In this document: positions 1 to 15,000 of the stretch, piece by piece
How the letters are laid out: each line of letters begins with the position of its first letter
Position numbering within the stretch: position 1 is the stretch's first letter
NCBI GenBank assembly: GCA_030649895.1
Contig: JAUSEX010000037.1
Coordinates: forward strand, 3,815-67,814
Reading direction: 5' to 3'
Length of the DNA: 64,000 nt
DNA from: Candidatus Omnitrophota bacterium
GTDB taxonomy: Bacteria; Omnitrophota; Gorgyraeia; Gorgyraeales; Gorgyraeaceae
Translations under genes and position numbers: made by a program
Notes under the pieces: model-generated
Told to the model about the DNA's origin: nothing
What the model saw: only the letters and a program-made list of their open reading frames with translations
The model's database searches: none

Positions 1-3000
1 CTACATATAAACATGCTGCTGATGGAACTCTATTGGAGCCACCTACGATCGAAAGACATTATCCGCTTAAAACAGGAAAAGAAGATGTAACAGCTCTTAA
101 TCAGCCTGATAGGAAAGATAATACAGCAGTCCTGGTTTCTTATAATCCTCCTGATGGAGGGAGTATAGGAAGTGACCTAGATAATTATGGTCCTGTAGGG
201 GGCGGTTCTGATTTCAGTTCAAGTGGAATAACAATAGGAGATAAGACTTATTTCAGAACGGATAGCAATGATAAAGTGATATTTACTGCCACAGATGGAA
301 GTTATCTTATTGTTGATAAAGAAGCTGATAAGGCAATTGAGCGATATGATGCATCTAATAATGCGCGTATTATTTATAACTCTGACGGGTCAGTTAATAA
401 AGTGTATGAAAATGGTGTGGAGAGAGGATATAAAAATAATATTGTTTATTTTGCTAGAGCATATAAAGATGTGGAGATAGCAGATGGTTATATTGTTCCT
501 GAGGGCACTAATTTTAAAGTTGAGAACGGAGAAATAAGATTAGCAGAAATAATAGTGGTTACAAATAAGCCTGTATGGTTAGCTGATAAAGTGCAAGTGG
601 GCATAGGAAGCACATTCAAGGTAGAGAGTGACGGCAAAATGAAATTAGTTAAGGCAAAAGATAGTTATGCATATGCAGAAGCAAAGTTTGGTAATTATAT
701 CCTTGTAAATAGCGGATCGTTGAATGAAGATATGAGCCCTAAGGCAGGCATGGAGCTGAAATACGATGGAAAAAGCTATTGGGTGGGGGGTGATGGAAAG
801 ACGCTTCTTGATAAAGGTCCTGAAAATAAAAAACAGGACAATCGTTCATGGTGGGAATCAGCAGTTGGCGCTATAGGAGATGCAGCTGGTGCTGTGGGGA
901 ATGCAATAGGAACGATCTATGATTATTCTATAGTAGGCCCGTTACTTGAATGTGTCTTTATGGGCATGGGTCACGAGACTCCTGAGTCATGGAAAGAACT
1001 TACGGGTAGAGATACCCCGCTGAAATTTACGAGTGATATGAAAGGTGTTTGGAGAGTTATTAGCGGCAGTTGGGATAAGGCCTACGGCAGCCAGCTAATA
1101 GAAGGTAGTAATGCGAGAGAAGAAGGTGCTATGCAGGTGTGGTTGGTCGATGAATTAAGAAAAAAAGGATTTTACAAAGATGATGTGACAAGAAAGGAAA
1201 CAGATCCAAAAAATGACATTTGGAGGACGAATCTTAGAGGAAAACCCACAGAAGAGATTTTAGAAATGATAGATCCTAATGATAGAGAAGCTGCTACACC
1301 TTTAGTGGAGAAATATGTTGAAGGAATAAAAAATCTTGATAAAAGAGCAGCTAATGCTGATGCAAATATTGCTGAAGCAAGCTCAAAAATAGGCCCATCA
1401 GGTAATGCTATTTTATTTCTCTTGCCTAACAATGGCGCTATATTTCAATTTGAAGATTATTCTGTTATAGACTGGGTTTCTTTAGTGACTATTCCGTTAA
1501 TGTTTATACCTGGAGTCGGCACGGCTGCCGGCGCCGCAATTAAGGTAGGCGCCACTGCGTTAAAGGCACTACCAGGCGCATTAAAACTTATGTCAGTTAT
1601 ATCAAAAGTAGCTCCGGTTGCAGTTAAGCTGGCGCCAGTCGCAGAGAAAGCAGCTCCGGTTGCAGTTAAGTCAGCGTCAGTTGCAGAGAGACTAGCGCCA
1701 CTAGTTAGAGGGGCAAATTTCTTCCTTGAGACTGGAAAGAATTTTATTATCTCTCCAGTTAAGGATTTTCAGGCTTTATCTAAATTAGTTAGAGGAGTTA
1801 GGCCAGCGCTTCGAGTTCCGAATTTAACAACTATTTGGAGAAGTATAATAGGAGCGCCAGGAGAAAATATTTTGAGTAAAATAATAAGGATACCAGCAAG
1901 GGCAGCCAATCAGTTATTATTACGGCCGGCAGCTTTTGGAGTTAGTGAAATTGCGCCACGAATCTTTGCATATGGGACGCTAGGTGCTCCGTTTTTTGGT
2001 ATCACTGGTATTGGAATAGGTGACACTGGGCCATTAGGAGTTTGGGCTAATATTTCTAGCGGGATGTGGGCAACAATGAATCGGGTTTTCTATAGTCTTC
2101 CTGTGGCACCTTGGCGTAATAGTGAAAAAGCACAGGAATTCAAGAATATAGCCAATGAACATTCTCAGGCTCGGGATAAAATATTAAAAGGATGGATTGA
2201 AAGCGTTGGTTCTATTCCTGTGGCTGGATTTGTACTTCAAATTCCGCTTATGATAATGAGTTCGCTTTTTAGCTTTGCTGAGTTTCCTTATAGTTTTATT
2301 GGTACCAGTGCAGAATATGGATTGCTTAAAGGAATTACTAGCAGCGTTGCGGGATTGCTTAAATTTATGGTCAGCGTACCAGAGGCAGGGATTAATGGTA
2401 TGCTTTACCTATTTACAGGTAAAAATAGAGTATATCAAGGCAATCTTTCTGATTGGATAACATTGCAGCTAGGCGAAGGATACCTTAACTGGACTTCTCC
2501 AGATGAGAGTTATAAAGACGTTGAAGGTCGATTTAGTACGCTTGAAAATGTTGAATATCAGGGTTTCGCATATGCTATAGCAAACGCAGTATTGCTCCCG
2601 ATGTTTAATCCTAAGATGAAAGGGGAAGGAAAGTCAAATCGCGCTGAAGGACGCAATCGAGAATTAACAGCTAATGAAGCTAGTAGTGTCGTAACTAGGA
2701 CTGTTCTTATGCCAGTAAATATTGCTACAGGAGTCGTGTATGCGCCAATTCGGATACTTTGGTCTGGGATAAAAGGTGAAAAAAGAGGCGGAGGCTGGAA
2801 AAAAGGCTTTGTTGAGGCTGGCAGTGGCATTATGTCGCCAATTGTAGGCCCATTCAGGGGTAGATCCTCTATATCTCAAAAAGCCTATCGCTCAACAGAG
2901 CTTGGGCGCGGACCTTTACTAAATGCATCCGGCAGACCTCTTAACGCTCCCAATGAAACAGGTGGGCCTTTACTAAATGCATCCGGCAAACCTTTTTATG

Positions 3001-6000
3001 AACCTTCAATTGCAATGTTAGGCGAAGATACGCTCAGCTATAGGCCAGAAATAAAAGAACAGGCTGATAAGCAAGCTTTCGATAGGACAGTACATAAACT
3101 TGAAAAAGCTCGTGAGAAAGCAAGAACAGCGCAAGAAGATTATCAAAAAGGCAGAACTGACAAAGATAGACTGCCATCAGAAAAAAGAGAATTAGCCAGG
3201 AGAACGAGAGAGGCTCAGGTGGATTTTCTTACTTTAAAAAGTAGAATAGAAAAAGGTATATGGACATATGGGTTGCTTGATTCATTAAGAAATCCCATAG
3301 AGGCATGGAAAGCAAGAAATAATGCGGCAAAGATTAATCCTACGAATGAATTAATAGGCTCAACCATTAGAGAATATCTAAAGTATGATACAGCAGAGCT
3401 CAGGAATGGTTTTAAGAATGCCCTTGAAGCAGGAGATTTAGTAGATGCTTTGTCTTATGGTTTAGCTTTGTTTGGCAAAGATTTGGAAATCAAAGGTAAA
3501 GAATTAGATACTAAACCTGATCAGTTAAATGCTCAATTGGATTTTGGCTGGAAATTAGGGGAAGCTTTAAAAGAAATAACAGAAAAAGGCGGCTTAGAAA
3601 GTCCTTTAGCTCTTATATTTGAAATGGGCGGAGGAAAGACAGCCTCTGCAATCATTATGAATCTTTTCGCAATAGAATATGCAATAAGAAACGGCCGCAC
3701 AGGATATAATCTTTACGTAACTGAAAAAGCGCTTTTAGCGCGGCAGTTTATTGAGGGGAATACATGGGCATTTTTAGAGTTTGATAAGACAAGCGGCGAA
3801 TTTACCACTATAACTGGCAGAAAAGGAAGGGTTGTTACTGGCATGGACCCTGAAAGTGAATCAAGATTCTTAAATGCTGCTAGCGATAAAGATGTCGAGT
3901 TAATTGTTATGGATGGCCAGGCAGCTGATAGCATAAAATTAGCTGTAGATCGTAGCAATAATTCTCAAGAGTTAAGGGAAGCGCTTGGCAGGATGAGGGC
4001 TGCTTCAGGTGATGAATTTGATAGCATGTTAAAAGGAACTCCTGCCATAATAGGCACAGGCGAACTGCTTGACCAAATGAAAAGATATGCAGATGAAGGA
4101 AACGAAAAAGCTAAAGGACTAGTTGCTGCTGCAGAGCTACAAACTACTGTAATGATTGATATTTTGAATATAGTGCAGAAATATGGTGGGTTTAAGGATA
4201 TAAATCAAGTAGCGATTGATACACAGCTTAGCAGGTTTGGCAGGCTAAAAAGACAATTTGGTTTTGGTGGGCCAAAAAATGAAACTGAAATAAGAGGGCG
4301 CTATGCTGCTAATGATAAAGTTATAGCAGAAGTTGTAAGTTTATTGGAAAGAAAAGGAATGTCATCAGATGGGGCTAGGAGCTTAGCTAATGAAGCAGTA
4401 AATGCGTTATCTTTAAAGGAAGGTATAGATTATTATTTGAAATACAATGAAATTGGTAAACTTATTGGCTATGAAGTGACAGATAAAGCTACGATAAGGT
4501 TGGAAAATACACGGTTTGGTAGTTCAAAGCTTGCTGCCTTTGTTATGGCTAAAGAAGCGCTTGTGAAATTTAATGAAGGGAGAATGTCACTAGATGAAAT
4601 TAAACAACTGGTAAATGAAGAGCTCCTGAAAACAACTCTTGCTTCTGCGGATTTTGCTAGTTTTGTTGAACTAACAGGAAAGAATAAATGGGTACTATTC
4701 AGCGGTACTAAAGGTATGCCTAAAACTATGAAAAGGCTTGGAGTTAACGCAGTAGAAATTAAAACTAGTGAAATTAACTGGGATGAAAAAGGCTTGCTCA
4801 AAATAATAGCAGCAAGAGGCCAAAAAGCGCAATCTGACAAGATTCTAGCAGAAATTAAAGACGCAAAAACCCAGAAGAGAGCCATTGTTATTGTGCATAG
4901 AGGCAATGTTGAAGAGCTTAAACAGCTTGCAAGGGATGCAGGTATTTCGGAAGAGAATATTCATGCTATGACAGGTGAAAATCCCGCAAAGCTTGCTGAT
5001 TTTGAAAAAGAAGCGCGTTCTCGGCTTCAAAATACTGAAGGCGAATTCGAGGTCATAATACTTCCTGGTTTTGAAGCAGGTTCCAATATGTTGGAAATAG
5101 GAAGCAAAAATTATAAGGTTTCAGTTGTTGTTACTCATTTTAAAGATAGAGATCGCCTTGCTCAAACATTTGGGCGCGCAAATATTGAAGGGCGCAGAGC
5201 TTCAGCGGACTTTAGAGTGATAGTTGACGTGATGAAGGATGATAGCTTGGTTATGAAAGCTGAACGTGAAGTCATTCTTGAAATGTTAGACAGCGGAAAA
5301 ACCGAGACAGAGATTGAGATGGATATCCAGAATAAAATGAAAGAGATAGCAGAACAAATACTTGCGGAGTCAGATATTGCTACAGTAAGGACATTAGAAG
5401 AAAGAGAACAACCTGTCCGCGTAGCGGAGACACAAAATGAACTGACGCCTGAATTATTCAGTAAAGTCGAAAATAATTTTTATAGAGAGTTTGGGAGAGC
5501 TGAAACAGGTAGAAAAACGCTTGTAGATACTTTTAGAGAAGCAGTTGCTAAGGTTATTGAAGAAGGAAAAACACCGGAAGCATTTAACGCTGCTATAAAA
5601 GGTATGGCTTCAGAGTTTCGAGGGAGGGCAATGCAAATAGGCGCTATAGCTAACCCGGCAATTGCTAGTCAGATCAGGGGGTCCAATAATGAAGATGATA
5701 AAAATAGGTTAAGTTTTAGGTTATTACTTGAAGGTGTAAAGATATTATTTGCAATGAGGTCTTTTACAGATGAGGGCCTCTTTGAACAAATGCCGGTTTT
5801 AGCAGTTTTGGCTATGCCAACCATGCCTGCTGTGACTGAAAAACAAAAGAATAGGCTTGTGGAAATAGAAGCAGCTTTGATGGATAAAAATGTTACTTCA
5901 GAGGAAAGGCAAAAGCTATTAAATGAAAAAAAATCTATATTAGAAATGGTATTTGGTAAGATCAATGATTATCTTGAATCAGAATTAAAATTTGAAAAAG

Positions 6001-9000
6001 AGCAAAAAGAAACAGTAATGGAAGGCGTTAAGTTCTTATCTGGAAATTTTAAAAGCAATGATCCTGCGTTTGAGCAGTTTAGGGTTAATCCATTGGCAGT
6101 GATGCAGCAAATCGCTACTGGTAAAGTAAAAGGAGTTGAATCCGTTGTTGTAAAAGCTATAAGAGAACTGGTTGGAGAGCCGCGAGAAAATTTACCTCTG
6201 TGGTCAAAAACATGGGATAGAATAACAAGGCGGACTTCTCCGCAAATTAATTTTGCTCGTGTTGAGATTGCGGTAAATGATATTGCCAATGCGCTTGGTG
6301 TTGATAGAGATATAGTTGAAACCAATTTATTAAAACTCATGGGATATACATTGTCTCAGATAGGCACTATACGTGAGCAGCATAGTTTATTACTTGAATT
6401 AGGAGGCGAAGAATTTGGCAAGACTCTCGCAAATACTCTTCCTATAGCAGATATTTTGATAAAATTAGGCTCTAAATCAATATCACAAAGAGTTGAGTTT
6501 ATTAATAGCCTGGTTATGGGTGAAAAAACAGCGAAGCAATATGGCGTAACCAAAGGATCGGACGCTGTATTGAAGGTTTCTTCGGCAATACTAGGTATCT
6601 TGAAAGCGAAATCTGGCAAGTTAACATGGAGAGATTTATGGACTGACAAAGAAATAGAAAGCTCCGGCCTGGATAAAAGACAGGTTGCTATTATTATGGG
6701 TATTAATTATTCTATTCTCGAAAATTTGCCTGCTGATTTAGTTGATTTATATGATATTAATATATTGGCAGATTCTGAAATGATGGGCAAGGTTGTGGGC
6801 GTATATAAAATATTTGAAAAAATTGACCCTGAATTTGCAAAATGGTTAGTTGAGCCAGTAAAGACAGCGTTGCCTTCAGGGCTTGCCGAGTTGCAGCGAG
6901 ATGATCCGGAGATGTTTGCTCTGATAGAAGCATTACAAAGGAACCAGGGGGCGCCAAGCAGGGTATTCGGAATTTCCAATCTTATAGGCGAGTCAGATTC
7001 GGAGGAGCTTAAAAAAGTCCTTACGAGATTGTTAATACCAGGGGTTTCTAAAGAAGCGCCTAAAGAAGAAAAAGAAAATATTTATAGCCGTAGATTGGAT
7101 ATTTTGACTTCATCTATAGGAGAAGAAGGATTGGAATCTGAATATTCCCCAGCTGCCAGGATAGAGATGGCTATTGGAGTTTACGATTTTTTATCTTCTG
7201 TAGGAGTCAATGCAAGAGGGGTATCATGGGAAGATGTGAAGAAATTAAAAAGCTTTGCTGATATGGCGCAAGCGATTGAATCAGCTAGTTATAGAGAAAT
7301 AATTAAAGCAATAAAGCAAGGAATGCCGCAGGAAGAGAAATTAGAATATCTATTTAAAGTTGCCAAGGCAATAGAAAATAAAGATGAAATATTGTTAAAA
7401 AGTTTGGGAGTATTAAATGATGAAGATTGGCTAAGCCAATTCGATCCTGCTGATCAGGGGTTGCTTAGGAGATTGCTTGCAGGGGAAAGCTCAATAGAAG
7501 AAATTAGAGAAGAGGTTGTTGAGAGCGGTAGATTGGTTGGAACAGGCGCTCATGCAATGGCAATACGTTTGTTAAATGAAAAAGGTATTCTAAAATTGCT
7601 GGATTCGTCTGATCCTGAGCTTATTGAACGCGCAAGCCAAAGATATCAGGATGCCAAGAAATTAATACCTGAGTTGGTTATTCCTTATGTAATAAGAACA
7701 GATAAGGGCGAAGATATTACTATTATAATTCAGGAAAAAGTTGTGACGTCTAGATATGAGTTGGATAGTTTAATCGAGGCAAAAGACATGGAAGGCGCAA
7801 AAACATATGTCAGGAAATTAGTAGAGCTGGTTTATAAGCTGGCGGAAAAAGGTATTGTTTTTGACAGCGCTGTTGTTAATTCAGGCCTTGATATATTGGC
7901 TAATACAGCTGTAGATGCTAACGGCAATGTTAAAGTGCTTGATGTGGCAAATTTAAATCTTAAACCCAACAAAGAAGAAGACATAAGAGCTGGTGTGAAT
8001 AAAGTGCTTGAACGACTGCAGACTGATATTGGTGACGGCCTATTGAAGCAAGAATTTGCTATGGAACGCCAAACGCAGGATGCAATATATGACATTAATA
8101 AAGAAAGAGGCGAAAAACAAGTTGAATTGGCAAAAAATATTGCAAGTAAATGGCTTGAGGAGGCGCTTGCAGATATTACAAGAGGCGGCCCGAAAAAAAT
8201 AGATAGGCTTTTACATGATCCTGCTAGAATTCCTCCTAATATATACTTTGCATTTACCTATATAAAACAGTCTTTCCTAGATTTCCAAACACTTTTATTA
8301 AAACCAGAAGTAGAATATGCTTCGATAATCAATCTCTTTATAGAAAGGGCATTTACCCATGCGGAAGATATAGTCTCTTCAGGTATTAATGGCGTATACG
8401 AGGAAAAAATGGGAGTTTTTATAGATGAAATCCGCAAAGATCCTGCAAAATTAAAGATGCTTGCTGATTTATTAGGCCGCCGTTCAAGTGATATGGCTGG
8501 CATAGATAATTTTACTATCACAAGGGCTATCGGAGGCGTTTCTGCTGTAAACTGTGGTGTCCAGGCACTGCAGGTTGTTCTGGAACAGTGGGCGCCAGGC
8601 GCGATAAAGGGGTTAACACCAGAAGAATTAAGGAAGAAATTGGCAGGTGAGATAACGGATGAAGTTATAGCTATAATTGAAGCTGGATTTGGAGATCCTG
8701 AATCCGAATCAGCAAAGCTCTCCAGAGAGATAGTAATGAATCTGATGGAAGGCAAAATCGGGCACGATATAATTATTGCAGTTGCAGAAAAAGAATACGG
8801 AGTGAAAAACGTAAATCCAGTCACTATAGAAATTGACGAAGCAGCGCTTGAAAAATCGCTTGAAGGTATAGGCACAAGTTTTATCCTCTGGGTGCCTGGC
8901 CACTTTATGCCTATTGTTGGGTATAGAGGCGGGTTATTCGTTACAAAGACACTGAAAGGCGAAGATGTAGGCATAGATGTTAGAGATATACTTAATAAAT

Positions 9001-12000
9001 ATATACATGAAGCTGGCCAAGCCAGCGGTGGGACGATAACTATAATCATACCAGGCAACGACACAAAAGATAATAAGAGGTATTATGGCGCAACGCCGGA
9101 TTTATATTCACTCTTTAAGCCTGAACCTATAACAAGCGATGCAGGCGTAACATATTTTGGCAGCTTAGCTTCTTCAGGAAAAGCTATTTCTTCTGCAGGA
9201 GCAGGGCAGGAAAAAGCTGCTGAGCAAAAGGAGAGAGGGTTTGTAAGGAATTTAAGAAAAATCTTTGAGAAACACAGAAAATTAACCGCAGCTCTTATTA
9301 TAGGAGCGACAATAGCAGCAGGGATTGTGGCGCTGCCGGTTATTGTACCGATAATTTTACCTGCGATGGTAACTGCATTGCCAATCTTATTGGGAGGGGG
9401 AGCGGTTATTATGCTTTTTGCAGCTCCCGGTATATTTAAATTTGTAAGAAGCCTGAGGACAAGGGCGCCACCGCAGTTTACCCCGATTACCAGGAAGTCA
9501 GATGAAGCGCAGATAAAATCCCGCATTGAGGAGCAATTTGGAGTTGACCTAAAAGATATTAATTCCGATGACTGGAAAGAAATTCTCGTCCAGGCAGTTC
9601 TTGCCGATTACAGGGCATACCAACTTGGAAGCCATAAAGAGTATCACAAAAACAAAACTGTCAATTATTTCATAGAATATCCTATGATGATTGTTAATGT
9701 TCTGACCTTGCGCGTACTTGACCAGTTTTTCTTCAAACATTGGAGACAGCCGTTTAGTTATTTCCTGTCGCGTAGAGGCGATAAGAAGCATTATCTTGGT
9801 GAGCAGGCGCAGGCAGTCATGGAAGCGCTCATCAGCCAGCAAATAGCTAAAAAATCAGGCGACGTAGCTCAAAAGAATACCTTGGAATCGGTGCATAGCA
9901 AGCTTAAGACAGAGCTAGTAAGCGTTATTCCTACTTCCATAGTTGCCAATAGAGTTGCCGGCTTACTTGAGAAAAGATTAGCGATATCAAGCCTTGAAGA
10001 GCGTTCAGCGCTAAATATCGCAGGTTCAATATTAACTGGAGTAGTGTTAGGAGCTGTCAGCCTGGCCAATCAGCGATTGCGATTCGCAATTTTCAGCGCT
10101 ATTTCTTCCGGAATTCTCTTTGGGTTACTGGGGCCGGCAGGGTTATTCGGCAGCCTGGTAGGGGCAGGGTTCTTAACAGGTACGTTAGTTACTATAGGTA
10201 TGCCGCTTGGCCTGGCTGCGCTGAGTATCAGCCCGCTTATTCTATTGAGCCCGTTATTACTATTGGCATTCTTGAATTTCCCTGTCAGCTATGCAAAACA
10301 CCGCAGGGCAAATCCCGATGAAAATATTGTTAAATCGCTTTTGATTGTCTTAATGTCTCCTAAGTATTGGGCTGCAAACATTATGTCTGTGCCGATGTTG
10401 ATTATGGTAGGGCCGGAGATAGAGGGGACTATAAGGTACACCGAACATATTCCTTTAGTGGGTGATTTTGCCGCATGGATGGAAAAAGCTATATACGGGG
10501 CGCATGATAAGGAAACAGGGCAGCCTACTGTACCAGTGGGGCAGAAGCTTCTTGAGAGACTCCCAGGCGGTTCGCAGCTCAGCGATTTTACTTATCGTAT
10601 CTTTTCTCTGGGGCGAGGCGGTGATCTGCAAAGCGCGCATATGAAAAGTCAGATCGCCGCTATTGTTGCTACGGCTAAGATAGACGATAAGAGTTTCAAA
10701 GAAGAGCCAGCCGCTTTAAAGGAAGCGCCTGTAAGCGATGCTAAAGGATCTGAACAGGGAGTTACGGTTGAAGGGTATCAGCTCTTAGTTGATGGTAAAC
10801 CCTATCAGATGAAGGGGGTAACGTGGAGACCTTCCGAGGATAATAATTTCAGCCAGTGGTATCAGAAAGATATTACCCTGATGAAGGAGATGGGAGTAAA
10901 TACAGTAAGAACATACAGGCCTATAGATGACCAGAAGGTGCTTGATTATCTTGCCATGAACGGCATAAAGGTAATTATAGGATTTGACTACGGTAAAGAT
11001 ATACAAACAGGCGCTTATAAGGATTATATTAATAAATTTAAAGGACACCCCGCGATTCTATTGTGGGAATTTGGGAATGAATATAATTATCATTCAGACT
11101 GGTTCGGAGGAGATATTAATAATTGGTATAACACGTTAGAGAAGACTGCTCAGGAGGTCCATAAAATAGATAAAAGTCATCCTGTAGCCACTGCTCATGG
11201 CGAAATACCTGATAAGAATGCCTTAGTTAAAGTTCCCTCTGTAGATATATGGGGCATGAATGTCTATCGTTCGGATAGTCCGCAGGCCATATTTGATGAA
11301 TGGGGAGCCAGATCTAATAAACCTATGTATTTCTCGGAGGCTGGCGCGGATTCTATTGACAATAGGGTAGACAAAGAAGTACAAAGCGTTCAGGCCAATG
11401 CTAATGTGCATATCTGGTCGCAGGTAAATGCAGCAAGCAGTAAACTTCATCCAAATAACGTCTCAGCCGGAGCCGTATTTATGGAGTTTAATGACGAGCC
11501 GTGGAAGCCTAAAGGTTTTCAACACGATGGAGTTTATCCTGATAATTTTGCTAATGAACAGCATTTTGGTTTTGTAGATAAGGATCGTAACCCCAAAGAA
11601 GCCTTTTCTAAAATGAAGGATGGATGGAGCGAATCACCTTTTTCTGAAGCGCTGACAGGAGCTAAATCTATAACTAAAATATACGAAGGCGACAAGCATA
11701 CTAAGACAGCTTACAACATGGGTGCTGTAAATATTCTTGAAGAAAAGCTTCTTTTATCTCCAGAGGCCCAAATATTTCCGGAGGTCCAAAAAATTCTGGT
11801 AAGCGATATTCGGCAGGTTTTAAAAGTACCAGCTGATAAGAAAATCGAACTTAAAGATGTCAAGTTCGATAAGATTATAGAGGTGGATACGGTAACCGGC
11901 GCTAGAACCGTTAAATACGACTATGGGTTCCTGCCTGGCAAGCAAGACAAGACTATTATCAAGATATCCCAGGGGGCGCATGAAATTTTTGTGAGACGGG

Positions 12001-15000
12001 TAGCGGGCGCAATAGATAAAAACGAAAACTATCCTTATATGGAAAACGCAGGCTGGGATATATTGGACGAGAAAGGAAAGATAGTGCAGTATGATGCCGA
12101 ATCTCCGGAAGTATTGGAAAGATTGAAAAAGTTAGCCCAGAATAAGGATAGCAAATTACCTGATGAAGTTAAGAAAAGTATATTCAATGCGCAGGTAGCA
12201 GTTCGCGTCTATAAGCTTGTAGAAGGCGGTAGATTTGTAGAGGATAGGGTGAGCGCGATTGAAGCGAATAGGGAAGCTATAAGATTCTATGCCAAGCCGG
12301 AAACAGTAACATCAGGCGGCAGGACATTTGAAGTTTCTGGAAAGGCAGTTGTGGATACGTATGAGGCCATAAAAGCCATTTATTACTATGATAGTAGCTA
12401 TCAACTTATGACCAGTAAAGGTGAGGCGTTAACCAAAGACAATGCCGGAGACGTTATAGGCTGGGTCAGAGTAACCGGTGATAAACTTTTAATGAGTGAT
12501 GGAGCAGAATATAGCGTAATAGAAGAGCTTAAACCTGATAAAACTACTATGGTAAGACGCTTTGCTTCTGACGATAAAGGCAATGAACGGGCCAAGATAT
12601 CCAATCTTCCTGAAGGAGGGTATCTTATTCAGGTGGTTGATGAAAACGAAGTCATCGGAGACGATAAGGCTGACATGTTGACATATAACGGCACTAAAGA
12701 AGGTGGCTTGTATAAATTTAGCACAGATAAGCCTTATCTTACATCGCTTCTGAAGGATAGTTTTGAAATTAAAGTTGATGAAAAAGGCATTGCTACGGAA
12801 GAGGGCGTAAATAGCGTTCTTTCAGATTTTACCTTTGCAAATGAATCACTAAAGAATGCAGCGAGAGATGCTCTTAATAAAGGATTAAACGAGATAATAA
12901 ACAGTTTAGGGTTAAAAGATGGAAAGGTTCACGTAATGCATATAGTAAAGGAAGAGGTGCGCATAGCTAATGATGGAGTTAAATTTAATTATAGAGTCGA
13001 AGAAGACCCTGCCGCGAAGATTGTTGCCTATGTATCAAGTGATATGAAAGAAAAGGCAGACGTTATTATTAACACTAAGTGGGAAGGAGAAAATTCCTTA
13101 GAAGGGTATCAGTTCTCTCCGATAGGGCAGATTTTTAAATTGAAGACAGAAGGCGATATATTATCTCCTGATGATGTATTAAAAGATCTGGATATACAGT
13201 TGCGCGAACAACTGGAACAAAAAGGGATTAAGGTAAAAGAGCTGTCTTTATCCAAACTTAATCAGTATCTGGTGGTCCATAAAGACGGCAAAGATAAAGA
13301 TTATGAGGTGCTCTTCCATACGCGATATATTATGCGCGACGACCCGCTGAAAAGAGACTATGCAAGGTACGATAGAGGCGCTTTAAGGTTTATCAAGTTT
13401 GCCCATAATAAAACTGATATACCGTTTGGAGTTCCTGACGGGGAAGTAATTGTGGCTCCTGAAATACAAAGGATAATCAGGGAGACAGAATATTTCGAAC
13501 ACAGGCCGGGAGATAATGAGTATATATATAAAGTTATATTTGAATATAGAAACGGACAGGAGTATAAAAATGAGCCGATATTTATAGGGTACGATTACAA
13601 GACAGCTGTTGTATGGGAGCATTATGTTAATGAAGAATGGAAGCTTTATAGCAGGGATGGCCTGCCGTTTGAGGTTTCAAGGGTGGACGGCGCCAAAGAA
13701 TATCTCTACAGCGTTTTTGCTATTACAGTATTTGAAGACGGAGGCAATAGTTATATTATGGCTTCTGAAAATATAAAATCTTCTACGCCTGTTACTCCTC
13801 CTACTACGAGGATCAGCAGGGACAATACACTGTGGCGCATAATCGAAGGGAGGGGTATTGACAGTTTCATACATCAGGATGTCTACGCTACAAGCATGAC
13901 TGATAAGTTCTTAAATTCCGCTCCAGGAAGATTGGTCAAGCGTATTATGGGCAGCGATGATTTAGAAAAACTTATGGATAAGATCGAAAAACAAGGGATG
14001 GAAATTGACATAGATTATAGAAGATGTTTTGACAAATTAGAAGAAGGAGTATTTGTCGATAAAACAAGGTATCTTATGAACCAGGCGTGGATCGGAGCGA
14101 TAGGGTTTTTGGCGCTATTAGTATCTTTGCCTATCTTTAGAAGATTTTTAGGGTCAAAAGGCATAAGATGGATTTTTAGAAAAACAGGTAGAAGAATAGT
14201 GAATGTGAATGCTACAGAAGCAGATAGGCTTAGAGAAGTTATTGGTACTCCGGGCCTTGCTGATAAGCTTATAGTTCTGCGCGAACTTTCAGGCCCTATT
14301 ATTATAAATAGTAATCTGCCTGCGGCGGATAAAGGTGATTTTTTGCGTGATTATCTGTCGGTCTCTGGTTTTGATCCAGAAGAAGTCAATGAAATAGTTG
14401 GTTTATTTAATAGCGGAAAAATTACAATGGAAGATAAAGATGTGGATCCGAAATCTCTCCCGCGTGCTCCTCCTATTGATACTCTTCAGCACCTGGAAGA
14501 AGCTATTGCTAAGAAAAATTATCCCGCGGCAATTGTTATCAAGGCATTACTTGAAAAAAAGTTAATCACCCAGGACGACTTAGAAGGTACCTTTAGGAAA
14601 GAGGGGGCTTTAAGAGAAGGGGCTTTAAAGTGGGATTTGCTTGTAAAGGTATTGCTTAATAAGGCTCAGGATAAGGTCTTAGGAGAAATAAAGGAAGGGG
14701 ATTTTACAAATGTAGATAAACTTCTTCCTACGCCGGAAGCAAAAGTATTACAGTATGTGGTAAAGAACGATTTAATTGCCAAACCTGACTTAATAGAACT
14801 TTCCCATAAAGATAGTGGATATAGCGGTTTTACTGGTTTTGCCATTGGGCTCATAAAAGAGAAGTTTATTCAGCCGGTATTTGATGATGTGTTTAGCAGG
14901 ACCTTTGGAGCTGAAATAACAGAAGGGATCAAAGATATAACACTCGAGACCGTATTTGCAGAAATCCATCCTTTTATCTTCAAAGACCCTTCTTTACTCA

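Noticed and set aside
8258-9064. 268-aa minus-strand ORF (and many other 60-160-aa minus-strand or off-frame ORFs between 295 and 31864) inside the giant gene
   Set aside because: All lie entirely within the giant + strand reading frame and have low-complexity Ser/Leu/Ile-rich translations typical of antisense shadow ORFs in AT-rich coding DNA. None has RBS or domain evidence.
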